From contig JAOZFG010000029.1 in NCBI GenBank assembly GCA_027491435.1, positions 1-53,029 on the forward strand: DNA of 53,029 nucleotides, read 5' to 3'. Position numbers and translations under genes: made by a program. Origin of the DNA: Thermoproteota archaeon (GTDB lineage Archaea > Korarchaeota > Korarchaeia > Korarchaeales > Korarchaeaceae). Below are positions 35,159-44,018 of the stretch, in pieces (position 1 is the stretch's first letter; each line of letters begins with the position of its first letter). Below the pieces are notes generated by a model, which did not search any database, had not been told where the DNA came from, and worked only from the letters and a program-made list of their open reading frames with translations.

Positions 35159-36254
35159 CTCCAGTTATTTTAGCCACCTTCCTAGCGGCGTTTTCCGTGA
35201 GGCCCGTCTCCCCAAGTATGGTATACCTGTTCCTTATCTTGTGGGCCATCGTCAGGGCCTTTATCACGTGCTCGCTCTTCAAGCCGGCTTCTTTAGCAGT
35301 CACGGGTACGCCAGCCTCCACAAGCTTCTCCCGGATCTCCTTCCAGTTCTGTCCCTGGATGTAAGCCATCATTATGGTACCCAGGGCGCATTGTATACCG
35401 TGAGGAGCTGGGGTGAACCCTTCCTCCTTAGCTAGTAGATCCAGAGCGTGGCTGAACATGTGCTCACTTCCGCTGGCGGGCCTGGAGCTGCCAGCTATGC
35501 TTATGGCGACGCCGCTTCCTATCAGGGCTTTGACCAGTATCCTAGTCGACTCTTCTAGGCCGGGCTTGATCTCGGAAGCGTGATCTAAAGCTATTTTAGC
35601 GCTAAGCAGGGCCATAGAGGCGGCATATTCGGAGTAAGGTTCATCCTTAAGCTTGTGGGCCAGCTCCCAGTCCCTAACCGCCGTGAGCTTGGCCACCAGG
35701 TCACCGAAACCTGACTTAAAGGTGATCTCAGGGGCCTCCGAAATTATCTTAGTGTCCGCTATGACCCCGGTGGGCGATTGAGATCTAACGTTTATGTCGA
35801 ACTTCTCTCTGAACTCCCTGCCCAATATGAAGCCAGTGGAAGGGGAGGCTATCCCGTCGTGACCTGCAGACGTGGGCACGGTGACGTACCTCTTCTCCAG
35901 CACCGCCGATGTGAGCTTAGTCACGTCCAGGGGTTTACCTCCCCCTACCCCTATTAGGAAGTCAGCCTTAACCTCCCTGGCTTTGTTGATGGCCGACTCC
36001 ACGTCGTTCACGTCGCCCCTTTCAGTTACCAGGTGGAAGACCTCAAAGCCCTCCCTGCTCAGGTGGTCCAGCAGCTTCTCAGCTATCTTCCTGGTGAAGG
36101 AGGGGCCGCTGATTATGAGGGCCTTCCCTCTCATGTCCAACATGTTTAGAACCTTAGAGGTCTCGTAGAGGGCGTCAGGCCCGAATATTATGTAGCGAGG
36201 GCTCTGGATAACTTCCAGCCCTTTATAGTACTTTTTTATGACGGGGCCGCTCAT
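35148..36254 (-). CDS. egsA: sn-glycerol-1-phosphate dehydrogenase (archaeal lipid backbone)
   Basis: GVGGGKPLDVTK, VPTSAGHDGIASP, GFGD...K.TAVRDW.LA, SSRPASGSEHMFSHALD, HGIQCALG. Start uncertain (36254 or 36275). Confidence 0.95.
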   Translation of the reverse strand: MSGPVIKKYYKGLEVIQSPRYIIFGPDALYETSKVLNMLDMRGKALIISGPSFTRKIAEKLLDHLSREGFEVFHLVTERGDVNDVESAINKAREVKADFLIGVGGGKPLDVTKLTSAVLEKRYVTVPTSAGHDGIASPSTGFILGREFREKFDINVRSQSPTGVIADTKIISEAPEITFKSGFGDLVAKLTAVRDWELAHKLKDEPYSEYAASMALLSAKIALDHASEIKPGLEESTRILVKALIGSGVAISIAGSSRPASGSEHMFSHALDLLAKEEGFTPAPHGIQCALGTIMMAYIQGQNWKEIREKLVEAGVPVTAKEAGLKSEHVIKALTMAHKIRNRYTILGETGLTENAARKVAKITGVIE

Positions 36255-36375
36255 CGAGGAATGGAGCCCCCACACCTAATATTGTTAATTGTCCTGCGCG
36301 TCGAATACCCTACCCCAGGACAACACCAAAAGTTTATGGATAAGGTGATCGAGGGAACCTCCGTAGGTGGCGGAC

Positions 36376-37065
36376 ATGGACGACAAACTCAAGCTAGCTA
36401 TCGCCTTCAACCTAGCGTTCTTGGCGTTCCTTTTAATCTGGCCTTTGATAACTGCCCCTCCCTTCCAAGTAGAGGTCAGCCCGAAGACCGTGAGGATAGG
36501 AGGGGCGGTCAAGGTAGAAGCCCGGCTCCCTCTCCAGTCAGGCAGAGTAAAGCTTGTCATAAAGAACCTTAACCTGAACCGCACGGTTATCGAGGAGGAA
36601 GTCCCCGTCAGCAACGGCGTCATGGTCAAGGAGGTTAACCTTGATCCCAACCTCCCCATAGGCACTTACGCCGCTGAGGTTGAGGCTGGAGAGCAGTCCA
36701 ACTACGCCATATTTTACATATTCGGCGGTGAAAACCTGACCCTCAAAGCTAAGGCTGATCAGGAGGTCATCAAGGCTAAGGTGCCAGAAGGGGCCAACAC
36801 GACCTCAGTTTCCACGAAGATAAGGGTTTACGTCACGATGGGCGGTAAGCCCGTTAAGGGAGTAAAGATACTGGCCGTGGCCAAGGGCAAAAACTCCACG
36901 GTCACCGAGGTGTCTTACACTGACTCCGAGGGGAGGGCCATCCTGGACTGGAGCGCCGTGGTCGAGGAGTCGAGGAAATATGAGGTGGTGTTGAAGGCCC
37001 TGAAGCCAGGACATCCCGTGGCCTCTGCCACCGTGGAAATAGATGTGAGTGTGGAAAAAGGTTAG
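36376..37065 (+). CDS. Membrane-anchored Ig-like domain hypothetical protein
   Basis: N-terminal TM, two beta-sandwich-like segments (P.GTY..EV; GKPVKGV.I...TDSEG.A), sequons. Confidence 0.7.
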   Translation: MDDKLKLAIAFNLAFLAFLLIWPLITAPPFQVEVSPKTVRIGGAVKVEARLPLQSGRVKLVIKNLNLNRTVIEEEVPVSNGVMVKEVNLDPNLPIGTYAAEVEAGEQSNYAIFYIFGGENLTLKAKADQEVIKAKVPEGANTTSVSTKIRVYVTMGGKPVKGVKILAVAKGKNSTVTEVSYTDSEGRAILDWSAVVEESRKYEVVLKALKPGHPVASATVEIDVSVEKG

Positions 37066-38747
37066 CCCCTCATTGAGAGGAGCTTCCCGCTCTCCCTTAT
37101 CTCTTTCAACCTTTGGATGAGCTCCTCAGCCTTCACCTTCCTGAATAGGGGCTTGACCTCCTCCAGTTTCACGCTTTCAGGCAGGCTGAAGGCCTCCTTG
37201 AACTTGCCAGGGGAGCCAGGAAGTCCCATCATCTTCCAGAGCTCTTGGGCCGAGAAAGGCATGAAAACCTCCATGTAGACCGCCAGAGCTTTTATCAGGA
37301 TGAAGGAGGCCACTATCGTGGAAGCGGCCCTCTCCGGATTCTCCTTAACGTCCACCCAGGGCTCCCTCTCGTTGAAGAACCTGTTCCCAAGCCTAGCCAT
37401 GTCCAGGAGCTTCTTTAAGGCGTCCCTGAACCTGAAGGATTCCATATCCTCCTCTATCCTCCTAGCTATGGACTTGGCTTCCTCTATCATCTTGGCGGAC
37501 TCCTCGTCCAGCTCAGCCTTAGGCAACTCCCCAGAATACCTGCTCTTTATGAAGGACAGCACCCTGTGCACCAGGTTCCCGAGTATGTCGTTGAGTTCGT
37601 TGTTGACCTTGGCCTCGAAGTCCTGCCAGGTGAAGTTAGCGTCCTTGGTCTCGGGCCTTATGTAGATCATGTAAAACCTCCAATAATCTGGAGGGAGCAG
37701 CTCTAAGGCCTCATCAAGCCATATCCCCCATCTCCTCGACTTGGAGAATTTGTCCCCCTCGTACATGAGGAACTCCGTGGAGCTAACGTTGTAAGGCAGC
37801 ACGTAACCCTCTCCGCTGGCCATCAGCAGGGCCGGGAATATGATCGTGTGGAAGGGTATGTTGTCCTTGCCTATGAAGTATATGGACTTGGTCTCTGGAT
37901 CCTTCCAGAACTCCTCAAACCCCTCAGGCCTACCGACTATACTCTCGAAATACTCTTTGACGGCTGAAACGTAGCCTAGGACCGCCTCCATCCAGACGTA
38001 GATGGTCTTGCCCTCGGCTCCAGGGAAAGGAGCTGGGATGCCCCACTTGTTGTCCCTGGTCAAGGACCTGGGCTTTAACCCCTCCCTTATCATGGAGAGG
38101 GACATGTTCCTGGCGTTCTCAGGCAGGTTCTCATTCCCGTTTATGTATTCTTCCAGCTCTCTCTGGAACTTTGGCAGGTCGAAGAACCAATGCTTGGTCC
38201 TCTTAAGCACGGGAGTGCTTCCGCAGATGGCGCACCTCGGGTTTATCAAGTCTGTCGGGTTGAGGAGCCTCCCACACCTCTCACATTGGTCGCCGTAGGC
38301 CCTCTCGTACCCGCAGTAGGGGCAAGTGCCCACTACGAACCTATCAGGCAGGAACATCTGGTCCTTGGGGCAGTAAAGCTGCTCGACTTCGCTCTCATAG
38401 ACGTGCCCGTTCTCGTAAACCTTCATGTAGAAGTCCTGCACGAACTTAACGTGGGTTTCGCTCTCAGTCCTGGTGTAGTTATCGTAGCTAAGCCCGAACC
38501 TCTTGAATAGGTCTGATACGTAGGCGTGCATCTTGTCGGTAAGTTCCCTGGGTTTAACCCCCCTCTTTATAGCCTCCACTTCTATGGGAGTGCCGTGCTC
38601 GTCGGAACCAGAGACCATTACGACATCTTCGCCTTGCTTCCTCTTGAACCTGGCGAAAACGTCCGCTGAGAGGGTTTGCACCAGAGTGCCCAGGTGGGGA
38701 ACTGTATTTATATAGGGCCAAGCTGAGGCTACAATCCACTTCCCCAT
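37062..38747 (-). CDS. metG: Methionine--tRNA ligase (no C-terminal tRNA-binding appendix)
   Basis: SAWPY.N..PHLG (HIGH), SGSDEHG, two Zn knuckles, YVWMEA, IGKDNIPFH, KFSKS. Confidence 0.97.
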   Translation of the reverse strand: MGKWIVASAWPYINTVPHLGTLVQTLSADVFARFKRKQGEDVVMVSGSDEHGTPIEVEAIKRGVKPRELTDKMHAYVSDLFKRFGLSYDNYTRTESETHVKFVQDFYMKVYENGHVYESEVEQLYCPKDQMFLPDRFVVGTCPYCGYERAYGDQCERCGRLLNPTDLINPRCAICGSTPVLKRTKHWFFDLPKFQRELEEYINGNENLPENARNMSLSMIREGLKPRSLTRDNKWGIPAPFPGAEGKTIYVWMEAVLGYVSAVKEYFESIVGRPEGFEEFWKDPETKSIYFIGKDNIPFHTIIFPALLMASGEGYVLPYNVSSTEFLMYEGDKFSKSRRWGIWLDEALELLPPDYWRFYMIYIRPETKDANFTWQDFEAKVNNELNDILGNLVHRVLSFIKSRYSGELPKAELDEESAKMIEEAKSIARRIEEDMESFRFRDALKKLLDMARLGNRFFNEREPWVDVKENPERAASTIVASFILIKALAVYMEVFMPFSAQELWKMMGLPGSPGKFKEAFSLPESVKLEEVKPLFRKVKAEELIQRLKEIRESGKLLSMRG

Positions 38748-38891
38748 CTTCGATCCTCTTGAGAACTCTTTCCCGGGCTTTTAAGGATATGTGAGCCCGG
38801 TGCTATGGTTCGAATTTCGACTAAATCTTTCAAGCATTTTTGGGATAACTGGACTTTTAAGTCTGGAAGGGGGAGATTACGTGGTGACCAG

Positions 38892-39332
38892 ATGGACTGC
38901 TCAAAAATGGTGAATGATGAATTCCTCCAGTACCTTAGGGAGTTCCAGGCAGGTGGAAGCAGGGAGCTGAGCGCTGCTTCAGGTTACCTCAGGTACCTAT
39001 ATTTCGAGATGTTCACCCCTCACCTGAAGGGGTATAAGGGAGGGGACTTCAACACCCTGGTCTGCGGCCTGGTTCTAGCCCTTAGAAGGGCTGTTGAACT
39101 TTGTCTCAAGGAGGACGAGCTCTCCTGCAGCATTGCTAGGGATCTCCTCGATGTAATATGGGATATAGGCAGGTTTCTGGATAAGAAGGAGTTGGTTAGA
39201 AAGGCTAAGGAGTTGTGGGTCTTGCTGGACCCGGAAAACATGGGAGAGGAGTCGGAGGTCAGGGCCTCCTGTGCCAGGGTTGTAGACGGCCTAACCTCCC
39301 TCCTCTCCGATCTCGTTGGAGAGCCAATCTAG
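38892..39332 (+). CDS. Hypothetical helical protein
   Basis: ORF with genome-typical codon use; GGTGA SD before ATG 38892; TATA CTTTTAA upstream. Confidence 0.6.
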   Translation: MDCSKMVNDEFLQYLREFQAGGSRELSAASGYLRYLYFEMFTPHLKGYKGGDFNTLVCGLVLALRRAVELCLKEDELSCSIARDLLDVIWDIGRFLDKKELVRKAKELWVLLDPENMGEESEVRASCARVVDGLTSLLSDLVGEPI

Positions 39333-39614
39333 GTACGGCTTGTAGCCCCTCACCACCGGAATTGCCAGGATCTCAGGGACTGTATAGTTGTGAAGCTCTT
39401 TTATCCTCCTCTCCAGCTCTGGATACTTTTTATCGGTCGTCTTTATTATTAGCAGGTATTCAGAGGCCTCCTCCACCCTGCCCTGCCACCAATACCTGCT
39501 TTTCATCGGGATTATCTGGATACAGGCGGCCAACCTCTCCTCAACGAGCTTCTTAGAGATGTTCTCAGCGACATCTTCAGAATCGGTGGTGGTCAACACC
39601 ACTAACGCCTTCAT
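39291..39614 (-). CDS. cutA: Divalent-cation tolerance protein CutA
   Basis: LVEERLAAC.Q, S.YWWQG.VE...E..LIIKT, LHNYTVPEI, Y.DWL. Confidence 0.94.
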   Translation of the reverse strand: MKALVVLTTTDSEDVAENISKKLVEERLAACIQIIPMKSRYWWQGRVEEASEYLLIIKTTDKKYPELERRIKELHNYTVPEILAIPVVRGYKPYLDWLSNEIGEEGG

Positions 39615-39671
39615 AGTAACCCCCCAGTAGGGGCCATTATAAGTCAAAAGGGTCCCTGTCCCGGGGATCAC

Positions 39672-40532
39672 ATGTTCAGGAAGGTAGGCAAGGGGCTGCT
39701 AGTCCTGCCCGGGAGTCCCTCCACCCTACTGGTTCCCACCGAGAACGGTTACTATGTGATAGATCCTGGCTCAAAGGCTAACAGAGTGATGGAAATACAG
39801 AAGGCCGGCAAGGTGAGGGGGGTGCTGCTGACGCACATGCACTCAGACCACGTATTGGCGGCCGACGGGCTTCCCTCTGAGGAGGGAGTCTACGCTCCCT
39901 TCTTAGAAGCTTGTGGCGTTGAGTCTGAGAAGCTTAGGAGGGCCATGATATTCGGAGGAAGCGCACCCGAGGGGCTCGTCTATCACGTGAGGGCTGTTCC
40001 AGTTAAGGTGGACAGGACCTTCCGGCTCCCCTTCAAGGTTGAGGGGGTTGAGGCCGTACCTCTGCCTGGACACACCTACGGGCAGGTGGGCTTCCTGACC
40101 GAGAGCGGAGTTCTATACGCTGCCGACTCCTTTTTCGGTGATAAGCTGCTGGAAAACGCTGTGATACCCTACTACATGGACTATCAGCTGGCCCTGGAGA
40201 CGTTGAAGTTCCTGAGGGAAAACGCCAGAAGTTATAGGAAGATAATACCGTCGCACGGTCCCATAGTTGAGGGTAAGAGGGCTGAGGAGCTACTTGACCT
40301 TAACTTAGAGGCGCTTGAGAGGGTCAAGGACCTCGTAATGAACTCATTGGACAGGCCCAGGAGCGCCGAGTCCATAACCTACAAGATACTAAGGGATAAG
40401 GGTAGGGATCCTACCCCAAGCTCCATTATACTGAGCACGGTGACTGTCAAGTCTGTGCTCAGCTACCTCTACCAGGAAGGCAAGGTCGACGTGAAGTTAA
40501 GCGAAGAAGGGTTGCTGTGGTGGTGGGCTTAG
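39672..40532 (+). CDS. MBL-fold metallo-hydrolase
   Basis: IDPG, THMHSDH, LPGHT, AAD, IPSHG. Confidence 0.88.
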   Translation: MFRKVGKGLLVLPGSPSTLLVPTENGYYVIDPGSKANRVMEIQKAGKVRGVLLTHMHSDHVLAADGLPSEEGVYAPFLEACGVESEKLRRAMIFGGSAPEGLVYHVRAVPVKVDRTFRLPFKVEGVEAVPLPGHTYGQVGFLTESGVLYAADSFFGDKLLENAVIPYYMDYQLALETLKFLRENARSYRKIIPSHGPIVEGKRAEELLDLNLEALERVKDLVMNSLDRPRSAESITYKILRDKGRDPTPSSIILSTVTVKSVLSYLYQEGKVDVKLSEEGLLWWWA

Positions 40533-40798
40533 GTCTGGTAGAGGACCACCTTGACCCTCCTATTCTTCTGAATTGTGACGCTGACCATGTAGCCTTCTTC
40601 CTCCAAAGTCTTCATCATGCTCCTGAGGTCCAGCGATCCCTTGGAGATCAGCAGAACCTCGTAGCACTCCACCGGACCCTCGTCTCCCAAGTAGCCGTCG
40701 GAGTTCTTCACATAAACTATCTGGCCATAAGAGCTCAGCAGGTCAATAGCATTACCCAACTTGCTTATCATACCCATCGTCAGGATTTGAAGCCCCAC
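40529..40798 (-). CDS. Small hypothetical protein
   Basis: 89-aa ORF with plausible alpha/beta composition filling the gap; start uncertain. Confidence 0.5.
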   Translation of the reverse strand: MGLQILTMGMISKLGNAIDLLSSYGQIVYVKNSDGYLGDEGPVECYEVLLISKGSLDLRSMMKTLEEEGYMVSVTIQKNRRVKVVLYQT

Positions 40799-40914
40799 TT
40801 AATAACGGCGGAGCTCGAAAGGTAATCTCCACGTAATAACGGGCTATTTCAGGGTTCCCCGGGCCTAATGAGAAAAAATTATACCGTGAATCGGTAAGCT
40901 GAAGGGGTGATCTT

Positions 40915-41934
40915 TTGGACTGGCTTGAGACTTTAAGAACCCTTAGCGAGCTCCCTGGGCCTCCAGGAATGGAGGACAGAGTTAGGGAGTTCATAAGGTC
41001 TGAGATAGAGGGATATGCAGACGAGGTCTTTGAGGACAGGTTAGGAAACCTTTACGCTGTGAAGGGGGAGGGGCCCAAGGTCATGTTCGCCGCCCACATG
41101 GACGAGGTCTCTCTGATGGTCTCCCACCTGGACGGGAGGTTCCTCAGGGTGACCAATCTGGGAGGCCTGGTGCCTACACAGCTTCTGGCCCAGAGAGTTG
41201 TGGTTCACGGGAAGAGCCAGGTGTTGGGGGTGATAGGGGCCACCCCCGCCCACCTAAAGGAGAGCAAGGACCTGGACATCTCGGACCTCTACGTAGACGT
41301 TGGAGCGAGGGATGAGGAAGGCCTCAGGCGGCTGGGCATAAGGAAGGGAACCTTCGTGACATTTGATACGGGGTTCGTTTACCAGGAGGAGACCGGAGTT
41401 GTGATGGGCAAGGCCTTCGACGACAGGATGGGTTGCTTAGTTCTCCTGGAGTCGTTCAAGAGGGCAGATCCTAACTTCAAGTTGTATGCGGTCTTCACAG
41501 TTCAGGAGGAGAGAGGGTTGAGAGGAGCTACCGTAGCTGGCTATAGGGTGGCTCCAGATTTGGCATTCGCCCTGGAAGGTACAATAGCTAACGACACCCC
41601 TGACACCCCCGAGAGGAAGGTGGTGACTTCCTCTGGGAGAGGTCCGGCGATAAGGGTGATGGACAGGCTCCTGATAACCAAGCCCGACCTTCTCCAGTTC
41701 ATGATAGACGTGGCTGAGGAGAGGTCCATAAGGTATCAGCTTCAGATGTCGCCTAGGAGCACAACTGACGCCTCCGTCATCAACTTGGCCAGGGAAGGGG
41801 TGCCGGCAGGCGTGATATCCGTGCCCTCCAGGTACATACACACCCCCGTTAGCTTAGCCAGGGTTGAGGACGTCGACGAGACCATAAGGTATGTTACGGC
41901 CCTGATAGAGGCTCTACCAGATTACCTTGGCTAG
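40915..41934 (+). CDS. M42 (TET/Frv-like) aminopeptidase
   Basis: GPPGME..VR, AAHMDEV, GKAFDDR.G, TVQEE.GLRGA, TDA, RYIHTP. Confidence 0.93.
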   Translation: MDWLETLRTLSELPGPPGMEDRVREFIRSEIEGYADEVFEDRLGNLYAVKGEGPKVMFAAHMDEVSLMVSHLDGRFLRVTNLGGLVPTQLLAQRVVVHGKSQVLGVIGATPAHLKESKDLDISDLYVDVGARDEEGLRRLGIRKGTFVTFDTGFVYQEETGVVMGKAFDDRMGCLVLLESFKRADPNFKLYAVFTVQEERGLRGATVAGYRVAPDLAFALEGTIANDTPDTPERKVVTSSGRGPAIRVMDRLLITKPDLLQFMIDVAEERSIRYQLQMSPRSTTDASVINLAREGVPAGVISVPSRYIHTPVSLARVEDVDETIRYVTALIEALPDYLG

Positions 41935-41978
41935 TTTTTCAGTCAACCTTTTTATATTACAATTTTTGTAATATCTGG

Positions 41979-42881
41979 ATGCTAGCCATAGAGACGGTGG
42001 AGCTCACAAAGGCCTTCGGGGACTTCGTTGCTGTGAACGGGATAAACCTCAAAGTGAAGGCTGGAGAGAACTTCGGGCTTCTAGGCCCCAACGGGGCTGG
42101 GAAGACCACCACAATAAGGATGATAGCTGGACTCATCAAGCCCAGCAGGGGGAGCGTCAGGGTCTTCGGAATAGACGTCACCAGGGAGAGGAGGGAGGCC
42201 CTGAAGCTTATAGGGTACATGCCCCAGAAGTTCAGCCTCTACGAGGACCTCACGGTTGAGGAGAATGTTATACTCTACGCCAGGCTTTTCGGGCTCTCAA
42301 GGGCTGAGGCCAAGGAGAGAGCTAGGGAGCTCCTGAAGAGGTTCCTGCTCTGGGAGTTCAGGAACAGGTTAGCTGGAAAGTTGAGCGGCGGCATGAAGCA
42401 GAGGCTGGCCCTCTCAGTGTCACTAGTACACGACCCCAGGTTGTTGATGCTTGACGAACCCACGGCTGGGGTAGACCCTCCCCTAAGGAGGAAGTTCTGG
42501 GAGTTCTTTAGGGAGCTAAACAAGGAGGGAAAGACCATCCTGATAACCACGCACTACATGGACGAGGCCGAGAACTGCAACAGGTTGGCCTTGATGAGCA
42601 GGGGCAGGATAATAGCTGAGGGGACTCCAAGGGAGATAAAGAGGAGGGCCATAGGCGGGGATTTGGTGGAGATAATAGCTGAGGGCCACGTCAGGCTCAG
42701 GGCCGAGTGGGTTAAGTCGGTGGAGAAGAGAGACGGTCGCTTTCTAGCTCTAGTGGACGATGCGGCTGTCAGAATACCGCAGATCATAAGGGAGCTGGAG
42801 GGACAGGGCGTTAAGGTTATCTCAGTGGCTCCCATGTTCGTCAGCCTTGAGGAGGCTTTCATCAGATTCCTGGGTGATTAA
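41979..42881 (+). CDS. ABC exporter ATP-binding protein
   Basis: GPNGAGKTT, LSGGMKQR, LDEPTAGVDP, TTHYMDEA. Confidence 0.95.
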   Translation: MLAIETVELTKAFGDFVAVNGINLKVKAGENFGLLGPNGAGKTTTIRMIAGLIKPSRGSVRVFGIDVTRERREALKLIGYMPQKFSLYEDLTVEENVILYARLFGLSRAEAKERARELLKRFLLWEFRNRLAGKLSGGMKQRLALSVSLVHDPRLLMLDEPTAGVDPPLRRKFWEFFRELNKEGKTILITTHYMDEAENCNRLALMSRGRIIAEGTPREIKRRAIGGDLVEIIAEGHVRLRAEWVKSVEKRDGRFLALVDDAAVRIPQIIRELEGQGVKVISVAPMFVSLEEAFIRFLGD

Positions 42882-44018
42882 ATGCAGCCCGTAATTCAGG
42901 AGGGCGTTAAGAGGGGCTTCAGAATAATTCCCATAGTGGAGAAAGAGGTAAAGCAGCTGATAAGGGATCCCAAGACCGTCCTGATGGTGCTGGCGATGCC
43001 TGTCCTTATCACCATAATGTTCGGGTACGGCTACGGCGGTAAGGAGGTGGGGCAGTTCCCCATAACGGTGGTCAACTTGGATCACGGGGAGGGATCCTAC
43101 AAGTTCATAGATGACCTGAAGAACTCGAGGATGTTTAAGATAGAGGCCATCTATAACACTAGGGGAGAGGGGTTCGCCTCAGTTTACAGGGGGGAGGTCT
43201 ACTCCTCTGTGGTGATCCCCCCGACCTTCACCGAGGACCTGATGATGGGAAGGGTGACCAGAATAGAGGTAATTTACGACGCTAGCAATCCGCAAATGGC
43301 TAAGATAATAATGCAGGCTGTGGGCGTAGTGACCCAGCTTTACCAAGAGTGGGCGGCCGAGAGGTTCGGGACCTTCGCCATTAAGCCGGTCTTCTACACT
43401 GTCTATGGGCCCTCGGTGAGCAAGGTGGAGAACTTCATGCCGGGCGTTATGGCCATGATACTCCAGATGGTTCCCACAAGCCTCATCTCCGTTTCAGTCT
43501 GCAGGGAGAGGGAGAGAGGGACCTTCGAGCAGTTCATCATGACCCCCATAACGGTCTTCGACGTTATAATGGGGAAGTTGGTGGCCTACTTCGGGGCGAC
43601 CATATCGGATGCAGCCCTGACCCTGGTCACAGCAATGCTCCTATTTGACGTCAGGTTGAGGGGCAGCTTCTTCGACATGGTCGTCGTTTCAACCGTGTTC
43701 CTGCTAACCTCCCTTAGCATGGGCCTCTTTATATCCGTCTTCTCCAAGAACCAACTCCAGGCCTACCAGGCCAGCATATTCTCCTTCATACTGGCCACCC
43801 TGTTCAGCGGCTTCCTCTACCCGGTGGACGTGTTGAGCCCCTTCGCTCAGACTGTGGCAGGCCTGATACCCATGTATTACTTTATAGAGGCGTTCAGGGC
43901 CGTCTCTCTGAAGGGCTGGACCCTGGACATGGTGACCTACGAGCTGGCAGTTATGATGCTGTTTACAGTGGCCTTCCTGGCCATGGCGATGAAGTTTTTG
44001 AAGCTGGAGGTGGGCTGA
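42882..44018 (+). CDS. ABC-2 type permease
   Basis: KE...L.RD, RERERGTFEQ...TP, GK, FSGFLYP, PMYYF. Confidence 0.93.
   Translation: MQPVIQEGVKRGFRIIPIVEKEVKQLIRDPKTVLMVLAMPVLITIMFGYGYGGKEVGQFPITVVNLDHGEGSYKFIDDLKNSRMFKIEAIYNTRGEGFASVYRGEVYSSVVIPPTFTEDLMMGRVTRIEVIYDASNPQMAKIIMQAVGVVTQLYQEWAAERFGTFAIKPVFYTVYGPSVSKVENFMPGVMAMILQMVPTSLISVSVCRERERGTFEQFIMTPITVFDVIMGKLVAYFGATISDAALTLVTAMLLFDVRLRGSFFDMVVVSTVFLLTSLSMGLFISVFSKNQLQAYQASIFSFILATLFSGFLYPVDVLSPFAQTVAGLIPMYYFIEAFRAVSLKGWTLDMVTYELAVMMLFTVAFLAMAMKFLKLEVG

Noticed and set aside
37062-38747. MetRS lacking the C-terminal OB domain as a truncation or pseudogene
   Set aside because: Short MetRS forms are common in archaea; catalytic and anticodon-binding domains are intact.
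38774-38822. tRNA-Lys-like fragment: CCGGG-CTTTTAA...CCCGG followed by GGTTCGAAT, upstream of metG
   Set aside because: No acceptor stem or D arm, and the T stem does not pair. CTTTTAA is better explained as the metG TATA box inside a 7-bp inverted repeat.
40800-40871. Fluoride-riboswitch-like look (GGAG...CTCC...AAC...GCCTAATGA) and TAATAACGG direct repeat
   Set aside because: Lacks the GAUGG core and pseudoknot, and no fluoride-related gene is adjacent.
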